A stretch of DNA of 64,000 nt from assembly GCA_951406725.2 (NCBI GenBank), contig OX597822.1, positions 41,168,001-41,232,000 of the forward strand, in the 5' to 3' direction. This DNA comes from Octopus vulgaris (Eukaryota). The notes beneath the pieces are model-generated. The model did no database searches. It was not told the DNA's origin and saw nothing but the letters and a program-made list of their open reading frames with translations. The translations under genes were made by a program, and so were the position numbers. Position 1 is the stretch's first letter; each line of letters starts with the position of its first letter. This document shows, in pieces, positions 1-10,853 of the stretch.

Positions 1-51
1 TCTATCTATATATATATATATATATATATATATCTATATATATATATATAT

Positions 52-123
<72 letters not shown>
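1..123. repeat. (TA)n followed by (GATA)n microsatellite
   Basis: Directly visible tandem repeats. Confidence 0.95.
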
Positions 124-265
124 GTTTAAGAGACAGAATCACCCCCAAGCAACTCAATCATCATTGAACGACATTATCCACGATAGGTACATATAGGACT
201 AAATATTAAAATTATCAAAATTAATACCTTCAATTCTTATTCCAAATCATATACTTTACATTATA

Positions 266-372
266 TAGACTACGTGCGTTTCATGACAACATATTCCTCG
301 ATATTGCTGAAATAGAAGATCTCGAAATACAATACCATATTAAAACGATTTTATTGCCAACCTTCAGGTCTA
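266..372 (-). ncRNA. Type I hammerhead-like motif with long stem II and a variant core
   Basis: Minus strand reads TAGAC-CTGAAGG-T-TGGCAATA...TGTTGTCA-T-GAAA-C-GCAC-G-TA-GTCTA. Stem I is TAGAC/GTCTA, stem II is TGGCAATA/TGTTGTCA, and the cleavage triplet is GUA. The core is CUGAAGG rather than CUGANGA. Confidence 0.55.
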
Positions 373-602
373 GACTATATGAACTCATTTTGCTATTTAC
401 ATCCTATATAAAGACATGACAAACTAAAATTATATAACTAGATGTTGTTGGAATAATTTTACTTTAGAAAACAATGAACAGAAATGTGGAATAAAAGCAG
501 GAAAAAGAAATGTTAGTAAAAAGAAATGTTAACTTATCTGTACGGTAATTTTCTCTCCACGAATTAAACATGGCCATGTTTAATTCGTGGACTCCCACTG
601 CA

Positions 603-1310
603 TGGCCCAAGGTTCCTAAACTTGGAAAATGGGTACCTCATGAATTGTCCGAAAGCAACCGCAAATCCCGAGTTGGCATCTGCTCTTCTCTCCATTCTCG
701 CAAACTTATTTCACCCTTTTTGGATAGACTTGTGACTGGTGACGAAAAATGGATCTTCTGTCGAAATGTTAAACGTCGAAAACAGTGGCTTGGTAAAAGG
801 GAAGAAGCTCAACCACAACCGAGAAGAGAACTTCATGGAAAAAAGGTTCTTCTCTCTATCTTGTGGGATTGCAAAGGAGTAATTCACTTTGAATTGTTAC
901 CAACTAATGCAACAATCAATGCTCAAGTCAACTGTCTGCAATTAGAGCGTTTGAACCAAGCTTTGAAGAAAATCACATCACAGAAGATCGAAGAGCTTGG
1001 TTAGGAAAATATTCCTCATCCGTCTTATTCTCCCGACCTTGCTCCTTCAGACTACCATTTGTTTCGTAGTTTACAGAATCATTTGGGAACATAACTTCCG
1101 CAAGCCAGGAGGAGGTCAAAACTGGCATTTCAGAGTTCTTTGCTTTGAAACCAAAAGAGTTTTACATTGATGGGATTAAAAAGCTTGTAAATAGATGGAA
1201 GGAAGTCGTAGATAATCAGGGAAAGTACATTGATGATTAAATTTCAATTAAATATAACATGTGATCACTTGTTTCCTTTATTCAAAATTCGGACAGAACT
1301 TTGCCAACCA
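603..1310 (+). mobile_element. Mariner (DD34D-type) transposon remnant, 3' half of transposase pseudogene plus right end
   Basis: Translation gives WVPHEL, LVTGDEKWI and KKVLLSILWDCKGVIHFELL. After a stop at 1002-1004 it continues PHPSYSPDLAPSDYHLF and GIKKLVNRWKEVVDNQGKYIDD* (stop at 1240). The HDNA second-aspartate segment is deleted. A TIR-like GGACAGAACTTTGCCAACC lies at about 1291-1309. Confidence 0.9.
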
Positions 1311-1500
1311 GCATCGCTTCACAACTGGTGTTGGTGTGTTTACGCCCCCTAACTTAGCGGTTCAGCAAAAGTGAGTGATAGAGTAATGAACCAAGCTTAT
1401 AAAGACAAGTACTGAGGTTCGATCCGTTGGACTAAAGTTCTCCAAGGCGGTGCCCCAGCATGGCCGAAGTCTAATAGCTGAAACACGCAACAGGTAAAAG
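1310..1500 (+). mobile_element. SINE family A, diverged 3' half
   Basis: Matches the 3' half of the fuller copies at 41975-42350 and 52600-53012 (GGTGTGTTTACG...TAACTTAGCGGTTC...GGCGGTGCCCCAGCATGGCCG). Confidence 0.75.
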
Positions 1501-1539
1501 GTAAAACGTTTCTATGTAGATATCCAAACTAATAGACGA

Positions 1540-1584
<45 letters not shown>

Positions 1585-1974
1585 CAGACAGACAAACAGA
1601 CAGAGACAGATGCAGACAGACAGACAGTGACAGACAGACAGGCATATTATCCAATATATTTGTTCCATATCATGCATGAATAGAATTTCTACATTTTCCT
1701 CTGCCATAATTTATTCTCACACTTGAATAAAAGTCTTTCTCTTTCTCTCTCACTCTCTCTCTCTCTCACTCTCTCATTCAGGTATACTCTGCCACCTCAT
1801 GAATGAGAATCCATTATTTCATTACCTTGCGGTACAGGGATCAGTGATTGCCACCAGGCGAGTGAAGTCAACCAGAAAGGCCCCCTTCCCTCACATCCCA
1901 CACCTGAGCTTTTATTCCAAAAACCGAGAGAAAGAAAGGGAAACGTATAAGAAAATGAAACAGACTTAAATCAT

Positions 1975-1978
1975 TTAT

Positions 1979-2050
<72 letters not shown>

Positions 2051-2155
2051 TTATATACACATATATATATATACACACACACACGCAAACACACACACAC
2101 ACACTTATATATATATATACACATGTGTGTGCGTGTATGTGTGTTTAAACATATA

Positions 2156-2186
<31 letters not shown>

Positions 2187-2247
2187 GCATGTATGTATGT
2201 ACGCACGTATGTATGTATGTTTATGTATATGTGTTATATATATATAC

Positions 2248-2316
<69 letters not shown>
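1975..2316. repeat. Compound (TA)n/(CA)n/(TG)n microsatellite
   Basis: Directly visible. It is the source of the IYIY/CVCV ORFs here. Confidence 0.95.
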
Positions 2317-2320
<4 letters not shown>

Positions 2321-2546
2321 AAGGACTATTTGCCAACATAATGTGGCAGTCCCGGTTATGATGAGCGTTACTGTTGCTTAGCCACAGGAAACATCGTCTC
2401 CAGCCGGCTATACGACACAATATTCGTGTCCTTATATTTTCGAACAGGGGAGTTCAGCATCCCCAAACAGCACAAAGCAACGTGGGCTAAACAACAGTAC
2501 AGTAGCATTCATCCCAACCGGGACTGCCACATTATGTTGGCAAATA
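2316..2546. repeat. Fold-back (inverted-repeat) insertion flanked by (TA)n
   Basis: TATTTGCCAACATAATGTGGCAGTCCCGGTT (from 2327) is the reverse complement of AACCGGGACTGCCACATTATGTTGGCAAATA (ending 2546). Confidence 0.85.
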
Positions 2547-2554
2547 TATATATA

Positions 2555-2970
2555 CTCGTTTACTCGTTTACTTGTTTCAGTCATTTGACTGCGGCCATGC
2601 TGGAGCACCGCCTTTAATCGAGCAAATCGACCCCAGTACTTATTCTTTGTAAGCCAAGTACTTATTCTATCGGTCTCTTTTGCCGAACCGCTAAGTTACG
2701 GGGACGTAAACACACCAGCATCGGTTGTCAAGCAATGCTAGAGGGACAAACACAGACACACAAACATATACACACACATGCACATATATATATATATACA
2801 TATATACGACAGGCTTCTTTCAGTTTCCGTCTACCAAATCCACCCACAAGGCTTTGGTCGGCCCGAGGCTATAGTAGAAGACACTTGCCCAAGATGCCAC
2901 GCAGTGGGACTGAACCCGGAAGCATGTGGTTGGTTAGCCAGCTACTTACCACACAGCCACTCTTGCGCCT
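2555..2970 (-). mobile_element. SINE family A, full length (tRNA-like head, CORE-like segment, internal microsatellite)
   Basis: The minus-strand head has an A box TGGCTGTGTGG and a B box GGTTCAGTCCC, then a CORE-like CTTGGGCAAGTGTCTTCT segment, internal (TA)/(TG) and a tail GAAACAAGTAAA. There are more than 12 copies in the window. It resembles the tRNA-derived octopus SINEs (OK/OR1/OR2), but the exact family is not verified. Confidence 0.9.
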
Positions 2971-2982
2971 ATATATATACAT

Positions 2983-3390
2983 TGTTGGCATCCTTTTGTC
3001 TCGGGGACAATGGAGTTGCGCATAAACTAATCCAGTCTGGTTTTACATTTCATGTCCTCTCCAGTTTTGCGCAGGCCTAGATGTAAGAAAATCCTGGATA
3101 GCCCAATCGTCAGGATTCTTCTCTCGACCTTGCTGACGTAGTCCAAAGGGGTGCAGCCATTATGTTTGGCACCAGCTTGGTTGCAGGAGCTGCCGGAAGA
3201 GTGTCGAGTCAAACACTAAACAGCCTACGGGATTCCACTCCGGATTTCTTTGAAGGTTGTCTCCTTTCCGTAACCCTGGATAGGGGTTCATACCGGGTAC
3301 TGTCAGCCAGAGCTAGCTGAGCCCAGGACTCGTGTCAGGCAGGGTCGTCACTCCCGGAAATAGTGAAGAAAATCGCTACCCACTACCTAA
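2983..3390 (-). mobile_element. Probable RTE-LINE-derived non-autonomous retroelement
   Basis: GC-balanced non-coding block between (TA) tracts. The minus strand contains AAGCTGGTGCCAAAC and ends CGAGACAAAAGGATGCCAAC, reminiscent of RTE UTR segments. It is loosely similar to 52113-52347. Confidence 0.4.
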
Positions 3391-3445
3391 ATATATACAT
3401 CCATCCATATATAATATATATAAATGCACACATATGTACATACAT

Positions 3446-3528
<83 letters not shown>

Positions 3529-4085
3529 CATACATATATATACATATATATACACACACACATATATATATATATACACACAAACAAGCATACACACACG
3601 TTACTGAATGCCTCAAGTTGAGAGATTTAGAAATAATAATATTTCTATTTATACAGGCACACACACACACACACACACACGAACAAACAAGCAAACAAAC
3701 GAACGAACCACCCCCACACAAGTTAATAAGGCATACGCTCTCCACAGGCGCACCACAAATAAGCGAAGTGCATTTCACCAAAAGTAACCCCTCCCCACAC
3801 ACACACACATAAATATTCCTATAAATTATGAACTATCTGGGATTGAGACAGATATCTCAGTGCCATAGTTAAAAATGCACTGACAGTCAGCTGCAGCAGA
3901 TGAAGATCTCTGAATATTGAGTGGGTGGAGTGGAGGGGTTTCCTCTTTTAGGAAATATTCTCTCTTACAGTTCGTTTCTTGACTGTGTTGCTGTGCTGTA
4001 TGTTGCCGTGTACTATTAATTTTAAAGGGTAGTTTTTAAAGGGTATCTATGTTTGATATCTGTGATATTACATATCTAACCTTAT

Positions 4086-4852
4086 CAGCGCTAGATTAAC
4101 CATTAAACAAAATCAGCACGTGCTTTAGTGCATCAAGGGAAGGCAGACACCACAGAAATGGTAAATGGTTAACGGCACAAAAGAAATCATTAAACGAAGT
4201 GGTTTATATGGTCGGAAATATAATTTTGAAGTGATCATGGTGCCATAGTGAGGATCTGATCAAAGACTTTGCTATTAAAAAAAAGTAGGAGAAAACTGTT
4301 TAAAGATAAACAAAAGCACTCAGAGAGAACAAATCTCCGCCAAGGCAACAACAACGTCCTCGCAACGATTAGTCAGAGATGATTTTTAAAATGAGTATAT
4401 CTGAAATGAACTCGACTGCTCTCACAAACGAGAATACTAAAAATGAACCTGACCGCTCTCAAAATTTAAGTAAAAAAAAAAACAACTGGAAAAATAATTC
4501 AGAATCCTTGTCCGCTACCGGATCGATCCCAAAATCTTATCAATTGGTGCCAGTCACGAGGCCAATCATTCCTGAAAGTTTCATCCGAATCCATCCAGCG
4601 GTTCTTGAGATATCTTGTCCACGGACAAACACGCTAACAAACACGAGTAAAAACAATACCCCCGCCTTCGCTAAGGCGGAAGTAATAAAGTAGAAATTTG
4701 CAAAAATATACATTATTTTCCATCTTACGGTTAGTTACGTTTCATTCTGAGAAAAAAATTAATTTGATAGCTTATTATTGCCTATATTTTGAATTACATA
4801 TATATGGGGGCACCAAGATCATAGGGCCTTTGTGGGTCTTAATCAGGCCCTG
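4086..4852 (+). mobile_element. MITE-like DNA element (hAT-type ends), interrupted by the insertion at 4309-4688
   Basis: The ends CAGCGCTAGATTAA and TTAATCAGGCCCTG form an imperfect TIR. The body (GGCACAAAAGAAATCA...GTGAGGATCTGATCAAAGACTTTGC...TATATGGGGGCACCA) recurs at 12102-13058. Confidence 0.55.
4309..4688 (-). mobile_element. Helentron-associated non-autonomous element (HINE/DINE-like)
   Basis: The minus-strand 5' end is TTATTACTTCCGCCTTAGCGAAGGCGG (subterminal IR and palindrome). The 3' end is CCTTGGCGGAGATTTGTTCTCTCTGAGTGCTTTTGTTT (matching subTIR, then a short stem-loop). It is inserted at a T-rich site. Confidence 0.6.
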
Positions 4853-5252
4853 AACCTTATCGTAGGGAAACTGAAACTTTGAGGTGTCCTGTGTATTGGT
4901 TAGCGAGATGTGAACGTCGTTAATTTTATTCTTTTCTACTTTAGGAAAAAGCCCGAATGTTTTTGGGGAAGTGGGTGGGGGTGGGGGGATTGTCGATTAG
5001 ATCGACCCCAGTACGCAACTGGTACTTAATTTATCGACCCCGAACGGATGAAAGCCAAAGTTTATTCTTTAGCTTTCGGTTGCAATTTCGTTTAGGTCGA
5101 GTGGACAGGGTCTCTTTCATTGGCTCCAATAGAACAATGGTAAGGTTAACCGTTTTCATGTCGAGAGTATTTTCATAACGCGTAACAAAAGTAATCGTAG
5201 CCATCCTATTGAAAACTTGTAGCTAGAAACCTCTAACTACAAGCATTCAATA

Positions 5253-5456
5253 TACGGGGGGTACTGAAAAGTTCCTGGCTTTAAAGGTGTCGCGAAAGGT
5301 CTGGTTGGATGCCCAACCTTCCGTGGTTTTTTACAGGGCTTAGAAAAACTGAAGGACCTCTACAGTAAGTGTGTGAATCTGAGAGGGGAATATTTTGAAT
5401 ATTGGCTGAAGGCTCAACCGTCCGTGTTCTTTTGCAAGGCTTAGAAAAACTGAAGG
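5253..5456 (+). mobile_element. Mariner-derived MITE fragment
   Basis: Begins with a TIR-like TACGGGGGGTACTGAAAAGTTCC. The interior translates as GLEKLKDLYSKCVNLRGEYFE, like a mariner transposase C-terminus. Confidence 0.55.
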
Positions 5457-5699
5457 TTTAGTAAAACCTCTGATCGTACAGACCTATGAACACAGGCGTC
5501 CTTACCATGACTATCTCTCTTTCTAGAATATGTCTTACCTCTATAAGAGGATATGGTGAGTTATTTTACAGATAATTGGCTGTTGGTTCTAACTTGTTGG
5601 CTCGAATATAACGAGAGTGAGACTATTGCAGGAGGAGCACAGCATGACCGTAGACTTCTCCATTTGCCCTTACCATCAGCCTTTTAATTAAATAATGAA

Positions 5700-5968
5700 C
5701 TCTGGAGTCGATGTAATCAACTTAGCCCCTTCCCTGAAATTGCTGGCCTTGTGCCAAAATTTTAAACCAATATTATAGACGACGGTGAGCTGGCAGAATC
5801 GTTTGCACACAGGGCAAAATGCATTTCGTCCATCTTTACGTTCTGAGTTCAAATTCCGCTGAGGTCGACTTTCCTTTCGGGGTCGATAAAACTTGAGTAT
5901 AGGGGTCGATGTAATCGACTATCTGCTCCCACAAATTTCAGGCCTTGTGCCTATAGCAGAAATGATTA
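5700..5968 (+). mobile_element. SINE family C, one copy plus a preceding tail fragment
   Basis: GGTGAGCTGGCAGAATCG head, B box GAGTTCAAATTCC and GGGGTCGATGTAATCGAC. The family recurs throughout the window (for example 4930-5060 and 12170-12340). Confidence 0.8.
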
Positions 5969-6339
5969 TATACATTTGTCATAACTTTGAACTGTTTTAT
6001 AAACAAAGCAGATTTCTGGTCAGAATTGAACATAAAGCTTTTGGCTCATTGACCAAAATTCTTGGCGTTAACTTTGACTTCTGAAGCCAAAGGATTTTCG
6101 ATATTTGTGTTTTAGTTGATTAGAAACAAATCAACCAATCAGAAATGTCCGTTGGATGCCCTGCTGGATGAGTCATTTTACTTGTGAGCTTTTATAAAAA
6201 TAGGGCTCAGTGGAGTAAAAAAAATATAAAACTACTGACAGAAACTATAGACAGCGGACGTCTAGTAACTATGATCCAGTTTACTGCTTACATGAACTTC
6301 CAGCATCAAAGTATAATGACACAGATGCAAGCATCATTA

Positions 6340-6686
6340 AACACACACACATACACACACACACTCACTCATACATACACACATTCAAGCATTCACACAT
6401 TCACATGCACTCACACATACACACATACACACATTCACACACACTTTCACACACACTTTCCTTCACACTCACACACACAGACTCTCTCTCACTCTCTCTC
6501 TCTGTATCTCTCTCTCTCTTCCTCTGTATCTCTCTCTCTCCCACCCACTTTCTCTCTGTCTCTCTTGCACACACACATTCACCCATACCGTCTTTCCTTC
6601 ACTCTCTCACACACACATATGCGCGCGCACATATTCTCTCTCAGACACACAAACATATTATCTCTCTCAGACACGAACACTCACTT

Positions 6687-6738
<52 letters not shown>

Positions 6739-6743
6739 ACACT

Positions 6744-6802
<59 letters not shown>

Positions 6803-6876
6803 ACACTCATTGGCACACGCGCACATTTTCTCTCTCTCTCTCTCTTTCTCTCCCTCACCCATACATACACACACAT
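6340..6876. repeat. Compound (CA)n/(CT)n microsatellite tract
   Basis: Directly visible. Confidence 0.9.
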
Positions 6877-7142
6877 GTTATGAACAAAACTCTTATGAAC
6901 GATATAAAACTCTTTTCATCTAACAAAATAAGCGTCTGGTTAACATTATTTTTCACTTATTTATTGTATACGTCGATCCGATTATCGATCCAACCTGATC
7001 ATAAAGAAGTGTTAAACGCTTTGTTATAACATTTTGTTGGTAAATTTTTCAAACATCTTTTGCGCCCAGCCCGACAAAAAGCTTAAAACACGTTCGTTGA
7101 TGACATCATATGTATAAAAACGGATTTTTAACTTCTCTTTTT

Positions 7143-7377
7143 CACTCTTTTACTCTTTTCCTTGTTTCAGTCATTTGACTGCGGTCATGCTGGAGCACTG
7201 CCTTCAGTCAAGCAAATCGACCCCAGGACTTATTCTTCGTAAGCCTATTACTTGTTCTATCGGTCTCTTTTGCCAAACCGCTACGTTAAGGGGACGTAAA
7301 CACACCAGCATCGGTTGTCAAGCGATGTTGGGCGGGGGAGACAAACACAGACACACAAACACATACACACACATACA

Positions 7378-7378
<1 letters not shown>
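7143..7378 (-). mobile_element. SINE family A, 3' half (5' half at 10928-11100)
   Basis: Colinear with 2555-2780 and ends at the internal microsatellite. Confidence 0.9.
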
Positions 7379-7443
<65 letters not shown>

Positions 7444-7460
7444 TATATACATATATATAT

Positions 7461-9110
7461 ATCCCTCACCACGAAGGACTGCAGGCCCTTCGACACTTTC
7501 TTGACCTCCGCTCCAATCCTGTACCTGACACCTCCACACTCATTCGTCTGGCCGAACTTGTCCTTACTCTGAACTGCTTCTCGTTCGCGGGCGAGTTCTA
7601 CCATCAGTTCTCGGGAGTGGCCATGGGAACGCGAATGGGCCCCAACTATGCGAACCTGTTCGTTGGCTATGTTGAGGCCCAAATATTCTCTAATTTCACT
7701 GGTCCCACTCCTGAACTATATGGTCGTTACATTGACGACATTATCGGTGCCACCTCACTCTCCCGTGAACATCTAGATTCCTTCCTCTCTTTCGTCCAAT
7801 CTTTCCATCCAGCCCTCCACTTCACTTCCACTATCTCCAACACCTCTGTCTCCTTCCTCGACATTTCGGTTAGCATTCTTCACTCCACTCTTACCACCTC
7901 CATTCACTACAAACACACAGACTCACACTCATACCTCAACTTCTCTTCCTCCCACCCAGAACACACCAAGCTTTCCATCCCCTATTCCCAATTCCTCCGC
8001 CTACGTAGGCTCTGTAGTGACGACCATGACTTTGAGACTCAGTCTCAACGTATGGCTCACCACTTCACCCTACGTGGATACCCCCTCACCACTATCCACA
8101 CCGCCCTTGCCAGAGCACGGTCCGTGGACCGTGTATCTGCTCTCTCTCCCCGAACCCGCCCTGTAGTCTACCGCCTCCCTTTTCCCCTCACTTACCACCC
8201 CACGACCCTACGTCACCAACGCACCATTCTTCGAGCTTTCCGTCATCTCCAGTCCGACCCGTCCACTTCACACCTCTTCCCTAACCGACCCCTCCCCTCT
8301 TTCAAACGAGCCCACAACCTTCGAGACCTTTTGGTCCATAGCTCCTTCCCTGACCCTACCTCCCAACCCGGCTCGTTCCCCTGCTCCCGCCCACGTTGCC
8401 GCACTTGCCCATACCTCTCCAACACCACCCTCCTCACTAGCACCCATCATCGACCCTATCCCATCATCCACTCCTTCACCTGCACCTCCAGCAATATTAT
8501 CTATTGCGTCTCTTGCTCTCTCTGCCATTCCTTGTACATCGGACAAACGGGACGCCGCTTGGCTGACCGGTTCGCGGAACACCTTCGTGACATCCACCTT
8601 GCGAACGACACACCGGTTTCTCGCCATTTCCGCTCCACTGGTCACTCCTTGCAACACCTATCTGTGTTCGGTTTGTCCTTACACAGAGGCCATCCGGATT
8701 CCCGTTTGCGCCGTGAACAGGAATTAATCTTCTCTCTTCGCTCTTATACGCCATTTGGTCTCAACTCTCCCCCTCCTCATCTAACCCCCTCTCCCCCTCC
8801 TCACCTACCTTTCCCCCCGACCCCTACTTCTTCAGTCCTTCATCCTTTCACCCCTACTCCCCTTCCCTTCTTCCCTCTTTCTCCCTCCCTCCTTCCCTCT
8901 TCCCCTTCCCTCTGCTCCCTCACTCCCCTTCTCTCTCCCCCTCTCCCTCTTTCCTCCTTCCTCCTCCCCCTCCCCTCCCCTCCCCCTCCTCTATCTCCCT
9001 TCCCCCTCCCCCCTCATCAACCCCCCTCTTCTCCTCTCTCCACACTACACCACACGACTTTACACATCACATCATATATGATGTGCCATACTAATACATA
9101 CACCAACTAA
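7461..9110 (+). CDS. Partial PLE reverse transcriptase plus GIY-YIG endonuclease (no start codon; conserved part ends at about 8770)
   Basis: Open in one frame from 7461: [39 protein letters not shown], a Cys linker [46 protein letters not shown] and FGLN. The first RT aspartate motif is lost by 5' truncation. The Pro-rich tail after FGLNS is low-complexity read-through. Confidence 0.88.
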   Translation: MPHHEGLQALRHFLDLRSNPVPDTSTLIRLAELVLTLNCFSFAGEFYHQFSGVAMGTRMGPNYANLFVGYVEAQIFSNFTGPTPELYGRYIDDIIGATSLSREHLDSFLSFVQSFHPALHFTSTISNTSVSFLDISVSILHSTLTTSIHYKHTDSHSYLNFSSSHPEHTKLSIPYSQFLRLRRLCSDDHDFETQSQRMAHHFTLRGYPLTTIHTALARARSVDRVSALSPRTRPVVYRLPFPLTYHPTTLRHQRTILRAFRHLQSDPSTSHLFPNRPLPSFKRAHNLRDLLVHSSFPDPTSQPGSFPCSRPRCRTCPYLSNTTLLTSTHHRPYPIIHSFTCTSSNIIYCVSCSLCHSLYIGQTGRRLADRFAEHLRDIHLANDTPVSRHFRSTGHSLQHLSVFGLSLHRGHPDSRLRREQELIFSLRSYTPFGLNSPPPHLTPSPPPHLPFPPTPTSSVLHPFTPTPLPFFPLSPSLLPSSPSLCSLTPLLSPPLPLSSFLLPLPSPPPPLSPFPLPPHQPPSSPLSTLHHTTLHITSYMMCHTNTYTN

Positions 9111-9465
9111 TACATACCAATACATACTAATACATACTAATACATACTAATACATACACCAACCCTATACATACACACGTCCAGACCTCTCATACGCACT
9201 AATACTCTCTCATACACACACACCCTTATACATATTAATACGTACTAATACATACTAATACATACTAATACATACACCAACCCTATACATACACACGTCC
9301 AGACCTCTCATACGCACTAATACTCTCTCATACACACACACACACACACTCTTATACATACTAATACATACTAATACATACACCAACCCTATACATACAC
9401 ACGTCCAGACCTTCATACGCACTAATACTCTCTCATACACACACACACACACACACACACCCTTA
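9088..9465 (+). repeat. Minisatellites in the PLE 3' region
   Basis: CATACTAATA 10-mers interleaved with three copies of CATACACCAACCCTATACATACACACGTCCAGACC...CATACGCACTAATACTCTCTCATACAC. Confidence 0.85.
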
Positions 9466-9639
9466 TGTTGGAGCTGGTCACTCAACCCTATTATCAACCC
9501 TATTATCTCCCCTAATTTCGCTCTCGCGTCTCATGTTTGATCTTTGACTTCTGGCCGAAATCAGATCGCCATGTTGGTTCGTTAGTTACTGCACGCATTT
9601 TTTTCTCTCCTTCTTTCTGTGTTTTTTTCTCTCTGTGTA

Positions 9640-9677
9640 TCTTTCTGTTGAAGAGCGTAGGCTCGAAACGTTAAAGA
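9640..9677 (+). ncRNA. Minimal PLE-type hammerhead-like motif with a variant core
   Basis: TCTTT-CTGTTGA-A-GAGC-GTAG-GCTC-GAAA-C-GTT-AAAGA. Stem I is TCTTT/AAAGA, stem II is GAGC/GCTC, and stem III has no loop, so it would need a dimer. The core is CUGUUGA. Confidence 0.6.
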
Positions 9678-9875
9678 CTTGTTTTATTTATATTTCCTGA
9701 GCGCCATACTAATACAATTGTTTGTTTGTTTTCCACCTGCCTTCGTCTTTTGTCTATTTTCATAAAGCTTCCCGTTATATATATATATATATATATAACT
9801 CGCTCTGATACTGAGTTGAGTTGGTGCCTTCTAGTATCTCAAAATTCAATATATAATCACTTATGATTATAGTAT

Positions 9876-9975
9876 TCTACGCTGAAGAGAAAAGAAGTTT
9901 GGGTAACGTAGAATTATTTAATATTTAATTCTCATGCTTTCCTAAAAACTTGATTTCGAAACGTGCGTCCGTAGA
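9876..9975 (+). ncRNA. Type I hammerhead ribozyme, copy 1
   Basis: TCTACG-CTGAAGA-GAAA[long stem II]TTTC-GAAA-C-GTGC-G-TC-CGTAGA. Canonical CUGANGA/GAAA core, 6-bp stem I, GUC triplet, predicted cut after 9969. Confidence 0.82.
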
Positions 9976-10471
9976 TAACTTAAAATTGTATGATAGATTG
10001 CCGTCAATTCATTCTCTCTTACCTGTTTGTGTCTGCCTTCCAATTGCTGTGTTTTTTACTGAGATCTCCCTTTTTAGTAGAAGAAATAGCTATAACTCTT
10101 TGACTGCTATTTCTAAATTCGGTCTGTGGTAAGGCAATTCGTTGCTAAACCCTTTATTGCTTAGTATTACTTAAATTTTCCTCGAATGAGGCTTTTACAT
10201 GCCGAAGACTACTTGGTGTAATTGATAATTATTCCAAATTAATTAATTTCACCCTTCATTATTACGGATAACCATATTTTATCTCAGTGGATGACCATAG
10301 CATCTTGTTTTGGCTACACGCGGGTGGGAAGGGGCTGGTGACACAATCCTTTCATTCACACGTTGAGTTTGGTGATACTAGTTGCGGATTCTAGCTCGCT
10401 CTGATACTGAGTTGAGTTGGTGCCTTCTAGTATCTCAAAATTCAATATATAATCACTTATGATTATAGTAT

Positions 10472-10571
10472 TCTACGCTGAAGAGAAAAGAAGTTTGGGT
10501 AACGTAGAATTATTTAATATTTAATTCTCATGCTTTCCTAAAAACTTGATTTCGAAACGTGCGTCCGTAGA
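10472..10571 (+). ncRNA. Type I hammerhead ribozyme, copy 2
   Basis: Same sequence as 9876-9975, with a predicted cut after 10565. Confidence 0.82.
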
Positions 10572-10853
10572 TAACTTAAAATTGTATGATAGATTGCCGT
10601 CAATTCATTCTCTCTTACCTGTTTGTGTCTGCCTTCCAATTGCTGTGTTTTTTACTGAGATCTCCCTTTTTAGTAGAAGAAATAGCTATAACTCTTTGAC
10701 TGCTATTTCTAAATTCGGTCTGTGGTAAGGCAATTCGTTGCTAAACCCTTTATTGCTTAGTATTACTTAAATTTTCCTCGAATGAGGCTTTTACATGCCG
10801 AAGACTACTTGGTGTAATTGATAATTATTCCAAATTAATTAATTTCACCCTTC

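Larger units (their letters stand above)
7461..9778 (+). mobile_element. Penelope-like retroelement (Neptune-type), 5'-truncated, inserted in (TA)n
   Basis: RT and GIY-YIG ORF, then a C/T-rich tract, minisatellites and a 3' region with a hammerhead-like motif. It ends CTTCCCGTTA followed by (TA)n, and the same end occurs at 56494-56546. Confidence 0.92.

Noticed and set aside
1782-1900. Possible exon after a pyrimidine tract ending CATTCAG
   Set aside because: The tract is a (CT) microsatellite. The one open frame (ILCHLMNENPLFHY...) is unrecognisable and there is no strong GT donor.
8770-9110. Pro-rich C-terminal extension of the PLE ORF
   Set aside because: It is a C/T low-complexity 3' region. 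An out-of-frame TAA at 8782 suggests the real protein ends shortly after FGLNS.
9950-10728. Two identical 60-aa ORFs
   Set aside because: They have TTG starts, overlap the ribozyme and show no recognisable domain. They are a by-product of the tandem duplication, and no equivalent ORF exists in the related 565-nt element.
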